From NCBI RefSeq assembly GCF_006345805.1, contig NW_021832109.1, positions 1 through 31,621 on the forward strand: a stretch of 31,621 bases of DNA. The letters are read 5' to 3'. Shown here in pieces: positions 9,878 to 21,498 of the stretch; the stretch's first letter is position 1, and the number at the start of each line of letters is the position of its first letter. This stretch comes from Octopus sinensis. Its lineage: Eukaryota. A model generated the notes under the pieces. It made no database searches. It was given only the letters and a program-made list of their open reading frames with translations, and was not told where the DNA came from. The translations under genes and the position numbers were made by a program.

Positions 9878-12543
9878 TTTTATTTTATTTTATTAAATCA
9901 CCAAGACCACGCTAAAAACCGAACAAAACGTCACGTGATCCCGATGCACTCAACCAGGGACCTCATCCTCGCTCGGTTATCTTTCCACGAGCCGACACAA
10001 GATCGCACAGGGCGGCAGGCCGTTTTTGACGGAGTATTCGCTGACGGGCCCAGGTTTAGCTTGATGAGGTCTTCCAGAGAGGCTGGACCGATCGGTTAAT
10101 CTGAGGGCCCTTTGTTGGGCCTCCTCGATTCGCCTCCTGTTGGACCACGATAGCCGCGGACCCCAAGATCCGCAAGCGTAGGCAATACAAGGTTCGAAGT
10201 ACTGGCGGTAGATATTCGCCAGTACCGGGTGCGACCCGTTTCTCCATATTCCGGATAGAGTTCGTAGTATGTTCAATTTTTGTTCGCATTTGCGAAGGAG
10301 GTTGTCCACATGAGGGGAGAAACAGAGGTACATGTCGAGGGTTACCCCTAGGACCGTCTGACTCCTGCAGAAGGGAACGGATATATTATTCAGCTTTAAG
10401 TCGACTGACGTCCTTCCCAATCTTTTATCCGAGGTGAAGAGGGACGTGGCGGACTTCGCCGCGTTTACCAAGAGCCGGTTGTCCGTCAGCCATAGGTTCA
10501 GCCGATCCAAGTTAGCTTGGAGCCTTTCAGAGGCCTTCTGGATGTCCCGGTCCCGTGAGGCTAGTACGATGTCGTCCGCGTATGAGAGAACAATGTCATT
10601 GTTGTCGAGGGAGCGAGGGAGGTCTTCCAAAAATAGGTTGAAGAGGGCCGGGGATAAGGGGGATCCCTGAGGTACTCCGTTGGGTAGAAGACGAGATTTG
10701 GACCTCAGACCACCGAGGCACACCCTTCCCCTTCGTCCACTTAGGAAGTTGGTAATCCATATTTTTAGCTTCAGAGGAAAGTCGGATTGGAATATCTTCC
10801 TTGAGAGGAGCTTCCTCGAGACGGAATCGAAGGCTTTATGGTGTCGACGGAGCAGCGTACGGTCTTTTGGTGCCTCGGTTTGCTGGCAAAACCGGTACAG
10901 ATGAAGTTTGATAAGGATTGGAGGTACGAAGACGTGGACTTCGCCTTCTTAAACCCATGTTGAAAATGTCTTTCGGGTAAGAAAGCTTCTATTCTGCCAA
11001 GAACCAGTCTTTCCAGGATTTTTGACATCGAACATAACAGGGAAATCGGCCTGAAAGATGCCGGGTCCCCTCTTGGTCTTCCAGGCTTCAGTATCGGCCT
11101 TATTAAGGCCTGTTTCCATAATGCCGGAATTGCGTTGTTGTTGATAGAATGGTTGAAGATGGCTGTTAGGAATCTGACACCTTCGACGCCAAGGTTTTTT
11201 AATAGGATCACCGGTATTTTATCCGGGCAGTGAGAGTAAGAAGGTTTTGTTGAGTGCAAGGTATCTTCCACCTCCTTTACCGAGAGGAGGAGCGGTTCAG
11301 TCCGTTTTTTTAGGCTCCTGTTGGAGGGGAGTGAGTCGGATTTCCTGTGCTCTTTATGTGCATTTTTCGCATAGAAATTTATGAGGTTGTTCACGTCTTT
11401 TTTATCAAAATCTTCGAAAGGTTCGGGAGCGTCCCCCCTGGCCATGTGCCGAATGGCTTTCCACACTTCACCTGTTGAACGATTGCGGTTCACGGTAGAA
11501 AGAATGCGATTCCATTTCAAATAGGTGTGCCTGAGTTCATTGGACTTAATTCCTTGTTTAAGTGTCGGATGCGGATGCGGTATTCCTTGTTTATGTCAGA
11601 AGACATCCGGTTTGACTTTTTGAGGCGATTTCTCTCCTTGGCCAGACCGGATATCCTTCGACTACAAGCAGCGTGAGGTGGACGTTTAGGAATAGTCATT
11701 GCTCTTGCTTCCAGAATGATCTTCGAGAAGAAGCCAATGGCCTTGTCGAGAGAGCTAAAGTTGCACAGATTGCAATTTTTTAGTCTCGTGTTCAATATCT
11801 CTTGGAACCGTGGCCAGTTGGCCGCTTTGTAATTGTAAGGAATTGGAACTTAACTGGTGACAACTTCTCTTTTGATCTTCACCGTTATCGGGTTGTGATC
11901 GCTTCTCGTTTCATAGAAGACTGACCACTCCGTAGATGATGCCAGAGAAGGAGAGCATAAAGTTACATCGAGTGACGTAGATTTGTCGGTCCCTCTGAAT
12001 GGGGTTCTTGTGTTTCTCGATGGGTCGTTCAGGATAGTTAAGGAATCCAATTGGGAAAGTAAAGATTTCCCTCTCGTATCCGCCAACTGATTAGAAAGCC
12101 AAAGGGGGTGTTTTGCATTGAGGTCACCGCATAAGATGACCCCGTCTATTCGTGCAAGATTGGAGAGAGTAGGGAGGCACTAGCTCCTTGGACAAGAGCC
12201 TCGGGAGGTGGGATGTACATATTGACGAGCAATAAACGACCCTTCGATGTGCCAAGCGAGATCCCGATTAACTCGGAAACCTCGTCAGCCGCGATGATGT
12301 TCCTCACTTCAGCGGAAATGTCAGAAAATTCACGTTGTTTCTGATTAGAGTGAGAAGGCCACCCCCTCCTTTCTCCTTTCCGGACCAGCCTGATAGCCTT
12401 GTATCCCGGGAATGAAGGGGTGTGGTCATTCGGCGACAGTTTGGTTTCTTGAAGCATGGCCACGTTAATTCTCAGGTTAGTTAAGAGATTTCGGAGTTCT
12501 CTGATCTTCCCTATACCGTTGACGTTTAGCAGGAGAGCTGTGA
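9878..12543 (-). mobile_element. Non-LTR retrotransposon C (Ingi/Vingi-like, related to element B), several frameshifts, (TAAAA)n 3' tail
   Basis: APE motifs ALLLNVNG, VAMLQETK, NMYIPP, NTRTPF and RSDHNPI. RT motifs FRPISLL, QHGFKK, GVPQGSPLSP, YADDIVL and LGVTLD. NDPSRNTRTP aligns with NDPRMNTRTP of B. The tail is at 9878-9896. Confidence 0.9.
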
Positions 12544-13010
12544 AGTATCCATAATCTTCACATCTAGGAACCTCCCCAAATTCAATAAAATATTACGCAA
12601 TTTATTACATAATCTCAAATATCCTCCTATCTTCAGGTCTAGGGACTTCCCCAAATTGCATAATATATTACCGAATTTATTACGCAATCTATTACATAAT
12701 CTCAAGTACCCTCGTATCTTCACATCAAGGGACCACTCCAAATTACGCAATTTATTACGCAATCTATTACATAATCTCAAGTACCCTCATATACATAAAT
12801 CTAGAGACTTCCACAAATTGCATAATATATTACGCAATATATGACGCAATCTTTACATAATTTACATAATCTCAAGTACCCTCGTATCACTAAATCTTGG
12901 GAACTCCCCAAATAGCATTATATATTACGCAATTTATTACATAATTTATTTAATAATCTCAAGTACCCTCATATACTTAAATCTAGAGACTTCCACAAAT
13001 TACATAATCT
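12540..13010. repeat. Tandem array of about six 74-95 bp units with an internal 12-bp subrepeat and codon periodicity
   Basis: Units start at about 12540, 12614, 12701, 12776, 12871 and 12958 (CTCAAGTACCCTC-like). They vary mainly in the number of TTACGCAATTTA/TTACATAATCTA-type 12-mers. Confidence 0.92.
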
Positions 13011-13069
13011 CCCCTGCTAGTGGAGCTTGGCTTTGCGCATTCCCGACCGTCTCATCTGGCACCCTCCTC

Positions 13070-13700
13070 GATCAGTATCAGATTCCCCATGTCGAGGAAT
13101 TGTAAAGTAGAACAGGTTTCATAAAGATATTAAGCCTTGACCTGAGTTGCCGATTGGTATAGCCGGGTTTGGAGCCATTTTTTGCGTATTTTGCTCAGTG
13201 CTGTAGTAGCCAGCAACTTTTTAAGTGTAATGTTTTCACTGTCTCTGAGCAGAGATCCGAGTTTTTTTACATTCCACCAAGTTTCACCAACTTTGGTGTT
13301 CATGCGTTTGATTTCAGTGAATTCGGTTTATAATAAGTGTTAATATGAGAAACCAATTGTTAAATGTCTTTGAAGAAAACGATAATTCTGTCCTGGCAAG
13401 CAGTACCCGTATCATTCTGACTTCGTCCTCAGTCAGGAAACTCTGTAGGACGTCGATGAGTAAATCATGGCGGACACAATCAAAAGCTTTTGACATGTCA
13501 ATTCCAAGGATGGTTGTGGCTCTTTTGAATTTTTGTTGGATTGCGCATCACCATCTGTTCTTCCAGACAATGTTCGCAGTGGATTTTCCTGCCTTGAATC
13601 AGCTCCGACTCGGGGCCAGATATTTGTTAATTCTCGCGTTTATGCAGCTCAGTACAACTAGCGAGAGGAGTTTTCGTTTAGTTGAAGACCTAGAATCACT
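13070..13700 (-). mobile_element. Degenerate RTE-clade RT fragment, same family type as the element at 19440..24415, with the YADD core deleted
   Basis: KYLAPSRS*FKAGKSTANIVW, LGIDMSKAFDCV and VRMIRVLLARTEL are joined directly to WWNVKKLGSLLRDSENIT and PVLLYNSSTWG. These match the 19477..21003 protein. Confidence 0.85.
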
Positions 13701-14500
13701 TTCCCTGTTCCTCTAAACAAAGATCTTAATGGAATTGGAAGAAAATTCAAATCTGCAGACGACCTAGAAGGACTGTGAGCAAACGCGAGAACCAAATACA
13801 ATTAAATATTTTCTGAATAGAATTTCGAAACGTGTGGCACAAACGGGACCTTATTTAATATACACTCTTTGATACTGTGAACGTGCTTTTAATAATAATT
13901 GTCTTCGCTTAAATTAACTTATTTGTTGAAGATGGCTCCTTGTGAAAAGAAAACTAAACTTTTGGCTAATTTCTCTGGTCCAATAATACACTTTGTCAAA
14001 CCTGAAAATACTTTTTCATTCTAAGACAGCTATCAAATACTGGACATTTGCCTTTAAGTGATGTTTACCTGAACACTTAATAATGTATGAAATTAACAAC
14101 TTTCCTGGTCCTTATAAGATGCGATTTTCTTCGAATCGTTTTCGAAGACAAACACGAGGATTTGGTTCATAAATTTTTCGCGCAAATAATGATTGGATAA
14201 GGAGACTATCTTTATTCATTGCAAAAATAAGGCCAATTTCAATTCCTTCTATGGCAGTAACTAGAAAATAACATACTTTATTTGTTTTTTTAATAGAGAA
14301 CAAATTAAGTTAGGAATGTACAGAGGGGAAACTCTGGGGGGGCTAAGCACGCACACCTCCTGCGGAAAGTACCGCATACGTGTTGCCACGGAGAATGGCG
14401 ATGGATATCCGCTTTATTTGTTATTTTGAGACATATTATTTATTTTAAATTAATTTGAAAAAAAAAATTAAAATATTATCAAATCTGTATCCTTGTTGTG

Positions 14501-17500
14501 ATGTCGCGTAATTATAAATATGTCGATGATGATTATTTCGATGACTATCAATATCATTCTCAGTTAGGAAACGAAAGACTCAGTCAATTTTCTATTTATT
14601 CTCAAAATGATGGGGATAATCAAATTGTAAGATACATCATATTCATTTATTCTATTTCTACCTAACTAAAAATATTTAGATTGACGATTTAATGTCTCAA
14701 AACCTTAATTCTATGAACTTTGGAGACGAATGTAGTGATTTCAATAAATTACCTCTTCATGCTTGCGCGTAAAGTCTTAATTAATTTGTAAGATATTGTG
14801 GAATTCACGATCCAAATAGTGTTGCTTTATGCACACAAAGTCAGAAATGGTTTTGTAATGATCGCGGTTTGACTTCTGGAAGCCATATAATAAATCATTT
14901 GGTGAGAGCAAAAACAAAGGAGATAATTCTTCACCAAAACAGTCATTTGGGAGCAATGACAATTGAATGCTATGTTTGTGGATCAAAGAACGTATTTTCT
15001 CTCGGATATTTGCCTGGAAAACAGGACAATACTGTCATGATTGTATGTAGGCAGCCATGTGCCTTCCAGGTTAGTAGCAAGGACGTAAATTGGTATTACA
15101 TTTCGTTGCGATTCTAAGGGATTTAAACGAATGGAAGCCAATCATTGAAGATAGACAGTTTGTTTCGTGGCTGTTAAAAGTCCCTGATCCTGAAATTCAG
15201 ATAAAGGCAAGGAAGATCACTCCGGTAGAGATTAACAACTTGGAAGAACGATGGAAGGAGAATCCATATGCCACATTAGATGAGGTTAATAACCCTGTAA
15301 ATGAGGATGTTTTACAGCATGTTTTAATTAGGTGGTGCTATTATTCTGATAATTTTAGATACAAGGATTCACATCAGTATCAATCAGTTTATAAACCTCT
15401 TATAAAGTTGGAGTCTGAGTATGATAAGAAATTGAGAGAATCACAGACGAATGAAAATGTATCAATTCGGTGGGACATTGGGTTGAATAAAAAACGAATT
15501 GCTTATCTTCATTTACCAAAGACCAGTGATGGTTAGTTTTTTCGAGGAATTAAAATTTATTTTTCTATGACGTTTAACTAGAAATTCGTATAATGCACGG
15601 GGATGAGTTACGTATGACATATCATAGCGATGTGAGACCTTCGTGGACTACAGTTGGACATGTTATTAAGATTCCTGATAGTAAAAAATATTTATTCACT
15701 TTAGACAAAAGCGACGAGATTGGTATTGAAATAAAGAACGTGTCTGATATAAAGTGTGAAGCAACTCATGGATTATCAGTTGATTACGTCTGGAAATCAA
15801 CATCATATGACAGGTTTATTGCAATTTACTGATTACGTAATTAGAATGCAGTATGCTCTTAGACTATTTGCAGTCGATGAGACGTCAGTATCTGCTATTA
15901 TTTATGACTATTTGATGGGTCACCGTAGAAGTGACGTATTGATAAAAACACCACTTCCAGAATGTTTTTCTGCGCCAAATTTGCCAGATTTAAATCATTC
16001 TCAAATATCAGCTGTGAAATCAGTCCTTCAGCATCCACTTAGTCTTATTCAGGTCATTAATAGTATTATATTAATCTAGGGTCCTCCTGGTACTGGAAAA
16101 ACTGTCACGTCTGCTAGTATTGTCTATCATCTTGCTGAGCAGACTAAGTCTCAGGTTCTCGTCTGTGCACCTTCTAATATTGCTGTGGATCAACTTACAG
16201 AGAAAATAGACAAAACTGGACTTAAAGTATTCTTTTATGATAATGAATAGGTTGTGAGATTGTGTGCCAAAAGTAGAGAAGCAATTGAATCTCCTGTAAT
16301 TCATTTAGCGTTGCATAACCAACTAAGAAAACTTTCCAAGTTAGTATTATTAAAATATCGATTTTACATAGTAAACCTGAGCTACAAAAGTTGATAAACC
16401 TAAAGGAAGAAGCTGGTGAATTGTCAAGTAGTGATGAAAATCGTTATAGACAACTCAAACGTCAGTCTGAGCGCGAACTTTTATCTGTAATTACTGACAT
16501 GTTTATTGGTTTTAGTACGCCCAAGTTATTTGTTGTACTTGTGTTGGTGCTGGAGATCCTAGATTAAATAAATTTCGTTTTAAATCTGTCGTTATTGATG
16601 AAAGCACCCAAGCAACAGAGGCCGAGTGTATGATGCCAATTGTACATGGCTGTCGACATGTTTTTATTATATGGATATTATTTTCTAGCTCGTTCTCGTA
16701 GGAGACCATTCTCAGTTGGGTCCTGTTGTTATGTCCAAAAAAGCTGCAAAGGCCGGATTTTCGCGATCTCTTTTTGAACGTTTAGTTCTTCTTGATATTC
16801 GTCCTATTCGACTATTGGTTCAGTATCGTATGCATCCTGCTCTGTCTGCGTTCCCTTCAAATTCTTTTTATGAGGGTTCACTACAGAATGGAGTTACTGC
16901 TCGTTTATATACTATTTATTTATTGATTAGGCAATCGGGTGTTGCCTACCTCTAATTTTCCATGGCCGAGAACTGACATTCCAATGTTTTTTTATCTCAC
17001 TTGTGGCCAAGAAGAGATTGCAAGTTCTGGAACTTCCTTTTTAAACAGGCAAAGAAATTATTTTGATAAGAATTTAGAACTGAGGCTGCTAATGTGGAGA
17101 AAGTAGTAAGTACAATGCTAAGTGCTGGGACTCATCCCGAACAAATTGGAATTATTACTCCGTACGAGGGACAAAGAGCTTTCATTGTTCACTATATGCA
17201 GTTCTCTGGTAAACTTAATTCTCGGCTATACCAAGTGAATATTTTATCTAATTTTTTGCAGGAAGTTGAGGTTGCTAGTGTCGACGCCTTTCAAGGAAGA
17301 GAAAAGGATTATATCATATTGTCTTGTGTGAGATCGAATGAACACCAAGGAATTGGATTTTTGGAAGATAAACGCCGATTAAATGTTGCACTAACACGGG
17401 CCAAGTGTCAATTTTTATGAAATTTTTTAGATATGGACTTATTATTATTGGCAATGCCAGGGTTCTTTCTAAAGTTTGTGTTATTTTTTGAGTAATTTTT

Positions 17501-18172
17501 AGAATTCTATATGGAATGATCTTATTATCTACTTTAAGGAATGTGGTGTTTTAGTTGAAGGCCCATTAAATAATTTGAAAGAGTCTTCTTGCCAGTTTCG
17601 CGAATCTTCTTATAGAGTAATTATTTTGTTTTATTTATCTATAAGCTGTCAAATTCTTTTGAACCAGATAAAGGTTAGATTTGCCCTTTTATTCTTAAAT
17701 TTAAAGAATGTACCACTCCGATAGATCATTTTTCTTGTATTCCGCAGAGTCAGTCAACGGCTTACAGAATGACATATCCGGTCCCTACTGCCATGTTTTC
17801 GAACGATCCTTCTTTACTGTCTTACATGTCTGATCTACGGGAAGGTGTTAAAGGCGCTGAAAATTAATTATAGAAAATTATGTTCCGCCTTCATATAACA
17901 ACATTCGATCAATGCAGGAAAGAGCATTGACAACAGTTACAAAATCTCCTGTAGTTAATGCACAGCATTTTGGTCACGGTGACAGTCTGAACAGTCCATA
18001 TATGAATTTGAATGATGAGCGTACATACCAAAATTACGTTTCTGTTTAATCTGTAATTTATTAGAGACAGCGTGTTGGTAATAATAAGCGTGGTAAAAGT
18101 TCCAGTCAAGATAGTAATAATTATGAACCATTGTCCCAAGATTCTATTTACGGTTATAATCCATATCGTTAA
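14501..18172 (+). CDS. UPF1: Regulator of nonsense transcripts 1 (NMD SF1 helicase), 22 exons, about 1012 aa
   Basis: CH domain [28 protein letters not shown]. Helicase motifs [55 protein letters not shown] and [12 protein letters not shown]-terminal SQDSIY. Introns: 14627-14679, 14769-14792, 15093-15118, 15332-15358, 15532-15581, 15681-15704, 15814-15844, 16053-16079, 16227-16250, 16340-16371, 16487-16515, 16660-16688, 16903-16930, 17049-17077 (GC-AG), 17235-17261, 17405-17430, 17474-17502, 17617-17645, 17674-17706, 17845-17873, 18038-18064. Exon phases are consistent throughout. The first exon and last four exons are less certain. Confidence 0.97.
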
Positions 18173-21100
18173 GGTTTCAATTGAAAAAAATGGTTTTAAT
18201 AGTTTTGTTAATTTTGTATTTTTAGTACTTGCCTTGGTTTCTCGGGTTTATTAATTCTTCGTACTAACATTTCGGATTTTATTATAATATAAAAATTCTT
18301 TTTATTTATTAAGCTGACTTAGATTTTAACTATTTAGTTTTGCATTTACACAAAGCGAGTCAGCTTTCAGGAAACAAAAAATGTGAATCTAGTTGAGAAA
18401 TGTAGAAATAGCTTTGTAGTTCGGTGTCTTAACTACACATACTGCAACTAAATGCATTACGGAAGAAATATTTTATGTGAGTAAAATTCAGTCAAAAGCA
18501 AATTTTCTAAATTCATTTGTTTTTCTTCTTTTTTACTATACTAAGTTTTTCAATTTAGTCTATTCAAAAAAGTATTAACCATTATATCTTCAATCTAGCT
18601 TCTTTCAAAAACTTTGTGACCGTCCAGAGAATGGACACGCAGCGGAATAAGCAGATAGTGAAATATGATAGTATAGCACTTGTTTTTTAAGTCAATGAAG
18701 AACAAAATACTTTGCCAGTCAGTAAAATTAATGAATGTAATTGTTCGGCGTGTATTTTATTTGGACTGTGACATACTACAATACAATTCGAGAACGTGGG
18801 GTCCAAACGATTAATTTAATTCTTTTTGCTTTACAGACTTCATAACTACTTTGAAAACAGCCGATTTTCATTTCCTATTAGACCATTTTATCATTTTTTG
18901 AAAATGAAAGGAGGCATAATTAGATAATTCTTTTTTATCTTAAAAAAATATTGGGTTTACGACTCAGAATTCATAATTTTTTTAGACCACTAATCTGAGG
19001 TTATCTATTTCTGAAAGCGGTGTACCTTCCAAACTTTTAGAAAATACATAATGGAAAAATAATCAAAGTGGGTATTAACTTTTGAGATGTCAGTATACAG
19101 AGACTTATTTTTATTCCACGTATTTTTTTGTTATTTGATTGTAATGGTTAATCGAAAATGGAATGATACTTATCTCCAATATGGATTTACTTAATATACT
19201 GTATCTGACAACGTTGATAAAGCCTAGTGAATGATGTGCAACGTAATAATAGAAACAACTCTTTGAAGCAGTCAAAATAAAAAAGACAGGGAAAAAACTC
19301 ACCCAAAAAATTTTGAAACTGTCGATAGTTTTATTGCAAAGAGAACTAAAAATGATAAATCTCAAAAACATAGCAATTTCGGATTTAGACCAATAGATAA
19401 ATTATGTCTGCTAGCTTCATATGAGGTATTAATAATTAGTTAGTTAATGCACGTTCGCGTTGCCTGTAAACAAAGTTTATGGTTTCGCTTGTGCCATGTT
19501 TTTAACTATTCTTGTCGTTAGTCCCTTCCATCCCTTCCGTCGTCTTGCCCTCTTTCCGATTTCGTCCAGATCGTCTGCATCCATCAATCGGCCTCCGATC
19601 ATAGCATATTCCTTTGTAAGTATTCCCGGAAGACAGTCTCTTGGACGTCCTCTATATTTAGAGTATTCAGTATGGCCGAAAAATTCTTCCATGGCCATGT
19701 TGCATGGTGTTTCTTTCTTCATTCGTAAAATATGTCCAAACAGGCGCCAGCGGGTTTCAAGTATATTTAGACTTATAGGCCCACAGTTAGCTAACCTGTA
19801 TAATTTATCATTTGATATTTTCTTCGGCCACGAATAGCCGAGGAGTTTTCTCAGTTGACCCCTGTGGAAAGAGTCAAGTTGCTCCATGTTTTTCTCTGAT
19901 GTTCCCCAAGTACCTGCGTTGTGCATGAGGACAGGTCGGACAAATGCATCATATAATCGTAGGCGCATCTTAGTCGAAATTTGGTTTTTTCTCATCCAGA
20001 TGGATTGAAGTTTTTTAAGTGCAATTGTTGATAATATTTTTCGTCTGGTAATATCTTCGGAATCGCCAAGAAGAGATCCGAGTTTTCGGACGTTTTGCCA
20101 CTTCTCATCTATGCGAGTTGGCACACGTTCGACGGTGGTTATTTCGGTTTTCTCTTCATTGACTTTGTGTGACCATTTATCGAAAATTGTTCTTGCTTTC
20201 TCCATAATAATTTCTATTAATTTCCGATCCTCCGTAATAAAATCAAGATCATCCGCGTATACGAGTTCCATAACTTGGTTGTCCATACATCCAATTTCTA
20301 GTCTTAGGTCTCTCAGAGCTGCCTCCAGATAGACGATAAATAATATAGGCGATAGTGTGTCCCCTTGTGGGGTTCCAACATTTGTAGGAAATAGTCTAGA
20401 TTCCTTAGGGCCAATTCTGACAAGAAGTTGAGTTTCCGATAATAGCAGACGTATCATGCGTAGACTGTCTTCATCTACAATGTTCTTTAACACGATAAGT
20501 AGTTTGCTCCTGTTGATGCTATCAAAAGCTTTGCTCATGTTGATTACCAGGACATGAAAAGATCGTTTATACTTCTGACATATTGCATTGATCCAGCGAT
20601 AGGTCCAAACAATATCGGCCGTGGATCTTCCAGGCCTGAAACCACTCTGACTGCAAGAGAGATAACGATCGATTGATCTTGATATTCGGCTTCGAACAAT
20701 AGTCGATAGAGTTTTCCTTAGAAAGGTGACTAATACAACCAGTCTCAGGCTTCCACAGGGTCCCCGTCGTTTGCCCGGTTTCTGGACGGGTATTATTATT
20801 CCTGTCCCGATTGGAAGTGGGCAGTGTTGGGCAAACGCCTTGTTCAGCATCTGTGCGAAAAAGCTCGCTAGATTGTTGGGAGCGTATTTGAGTAGTTCCC
20901 TTGGGACTTCATCATATCCTGTTATTGTTTCCAGGACCTCCGATGAAATGCTTCCAGGACCTCCGAGGGTGTTATTTCGTTCAATAAGCCTCGCGGATGA
21001 CAAATGAATGTGGGTGTATAAGTGTCATCTGTTTGGAGTTGTCTCTTGAAGTGGTCGGCAATTCGTGATGCTTTATCTTCATCGTCCAATATCATGTGTT

Positions 21101-21498
21101 CTGATTCATCCCATATCGATATTTTGGTATTTCGTGAGCTCGATTAAGTAATCGGGTGGCCATAAATATCTGGTTCCCAGGTGGGAGTCTTTCAATTTCA
21201 GTAACTTTATCGTCTAAGTATTTCATCCATAGTAGGCGTCCCCTGTCTCTAATTTCATGAAGGAGCCTGTTCCGTTTATTCTTTAGCTTTTTTTGGTTTC
21301 CATAGCACAGTTTTCGATTCTCAGGCGGATGTCTCTTTGTTGTTCTGACATCTCTCTCAGTTTTGAGTCATTGTATGTGTAATTGTTTGAGCGGTTACTC
21401 CTGTATCCGACACTATCCTCCGCGGCCTGTTTAATTTTCTCAAATACTTCTTTTAGGAGAACGTCTGGTCTCTTTTCTGTATTTAGTTGTGTTATGAG

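Noticed and set aside
9931-9940. TCACGTGATC recurring at 9931 and 27661 near element ends
   Set aside because: A short palindromic E-box-like word in unrelated element families with no further flanking similarity.
10056-10904. ORFs antisense to RT genes (also 148-515, 7744-8129, 8550-8774, 19460-21007 +, 24643-26529 +)
   Set aside because: These are shadow frames of GC-richer retrotransposon coding sequence with no independent motifs.
12540-13010. CRISPR-like appearance of the array
   Set aside because: The inter-repeat segments are homologous to each other rather than unique spacers, the context is eukaryotic and there are no cas genes.
13716-13880. Possible mariner/Tc1 C-terminal remnant (GRKFKSADDL...KRVAQTGPY)
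   Set aside because: Too short and degenerate, with no catalytic motif or TIR.
14315-14415. GC-rich patch upstream of UPF1 with small hairpins (TGCGG/CCGCA, GCCA/TGGC)
   Set aside because: No tRNA cloverleaf, A/B boxes, hammerhead core or TSD was found, so I cannot separate promoter from TE debris.
14501-18172. Ciliate origin suggested by ~25-nt introns
   Set aside because: No in-frame TAA/TAG occurs in about 1000 UPF1 codons and TAA ends both UPF1 and PFDN4. This argues against the TAA/TAG=Gln code of Paramecium and Tetrahymena.
18380-19440. Possible spliced gene downstream of UPF1, and hydrophobic ORF 19111..19371 (-)
   Set aside because: Some GT-AG mini-intron candidates exist on the + strand, but I could not build a continuous open model or recognise a domain. 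The hydrophobicity is explained by T-richness.
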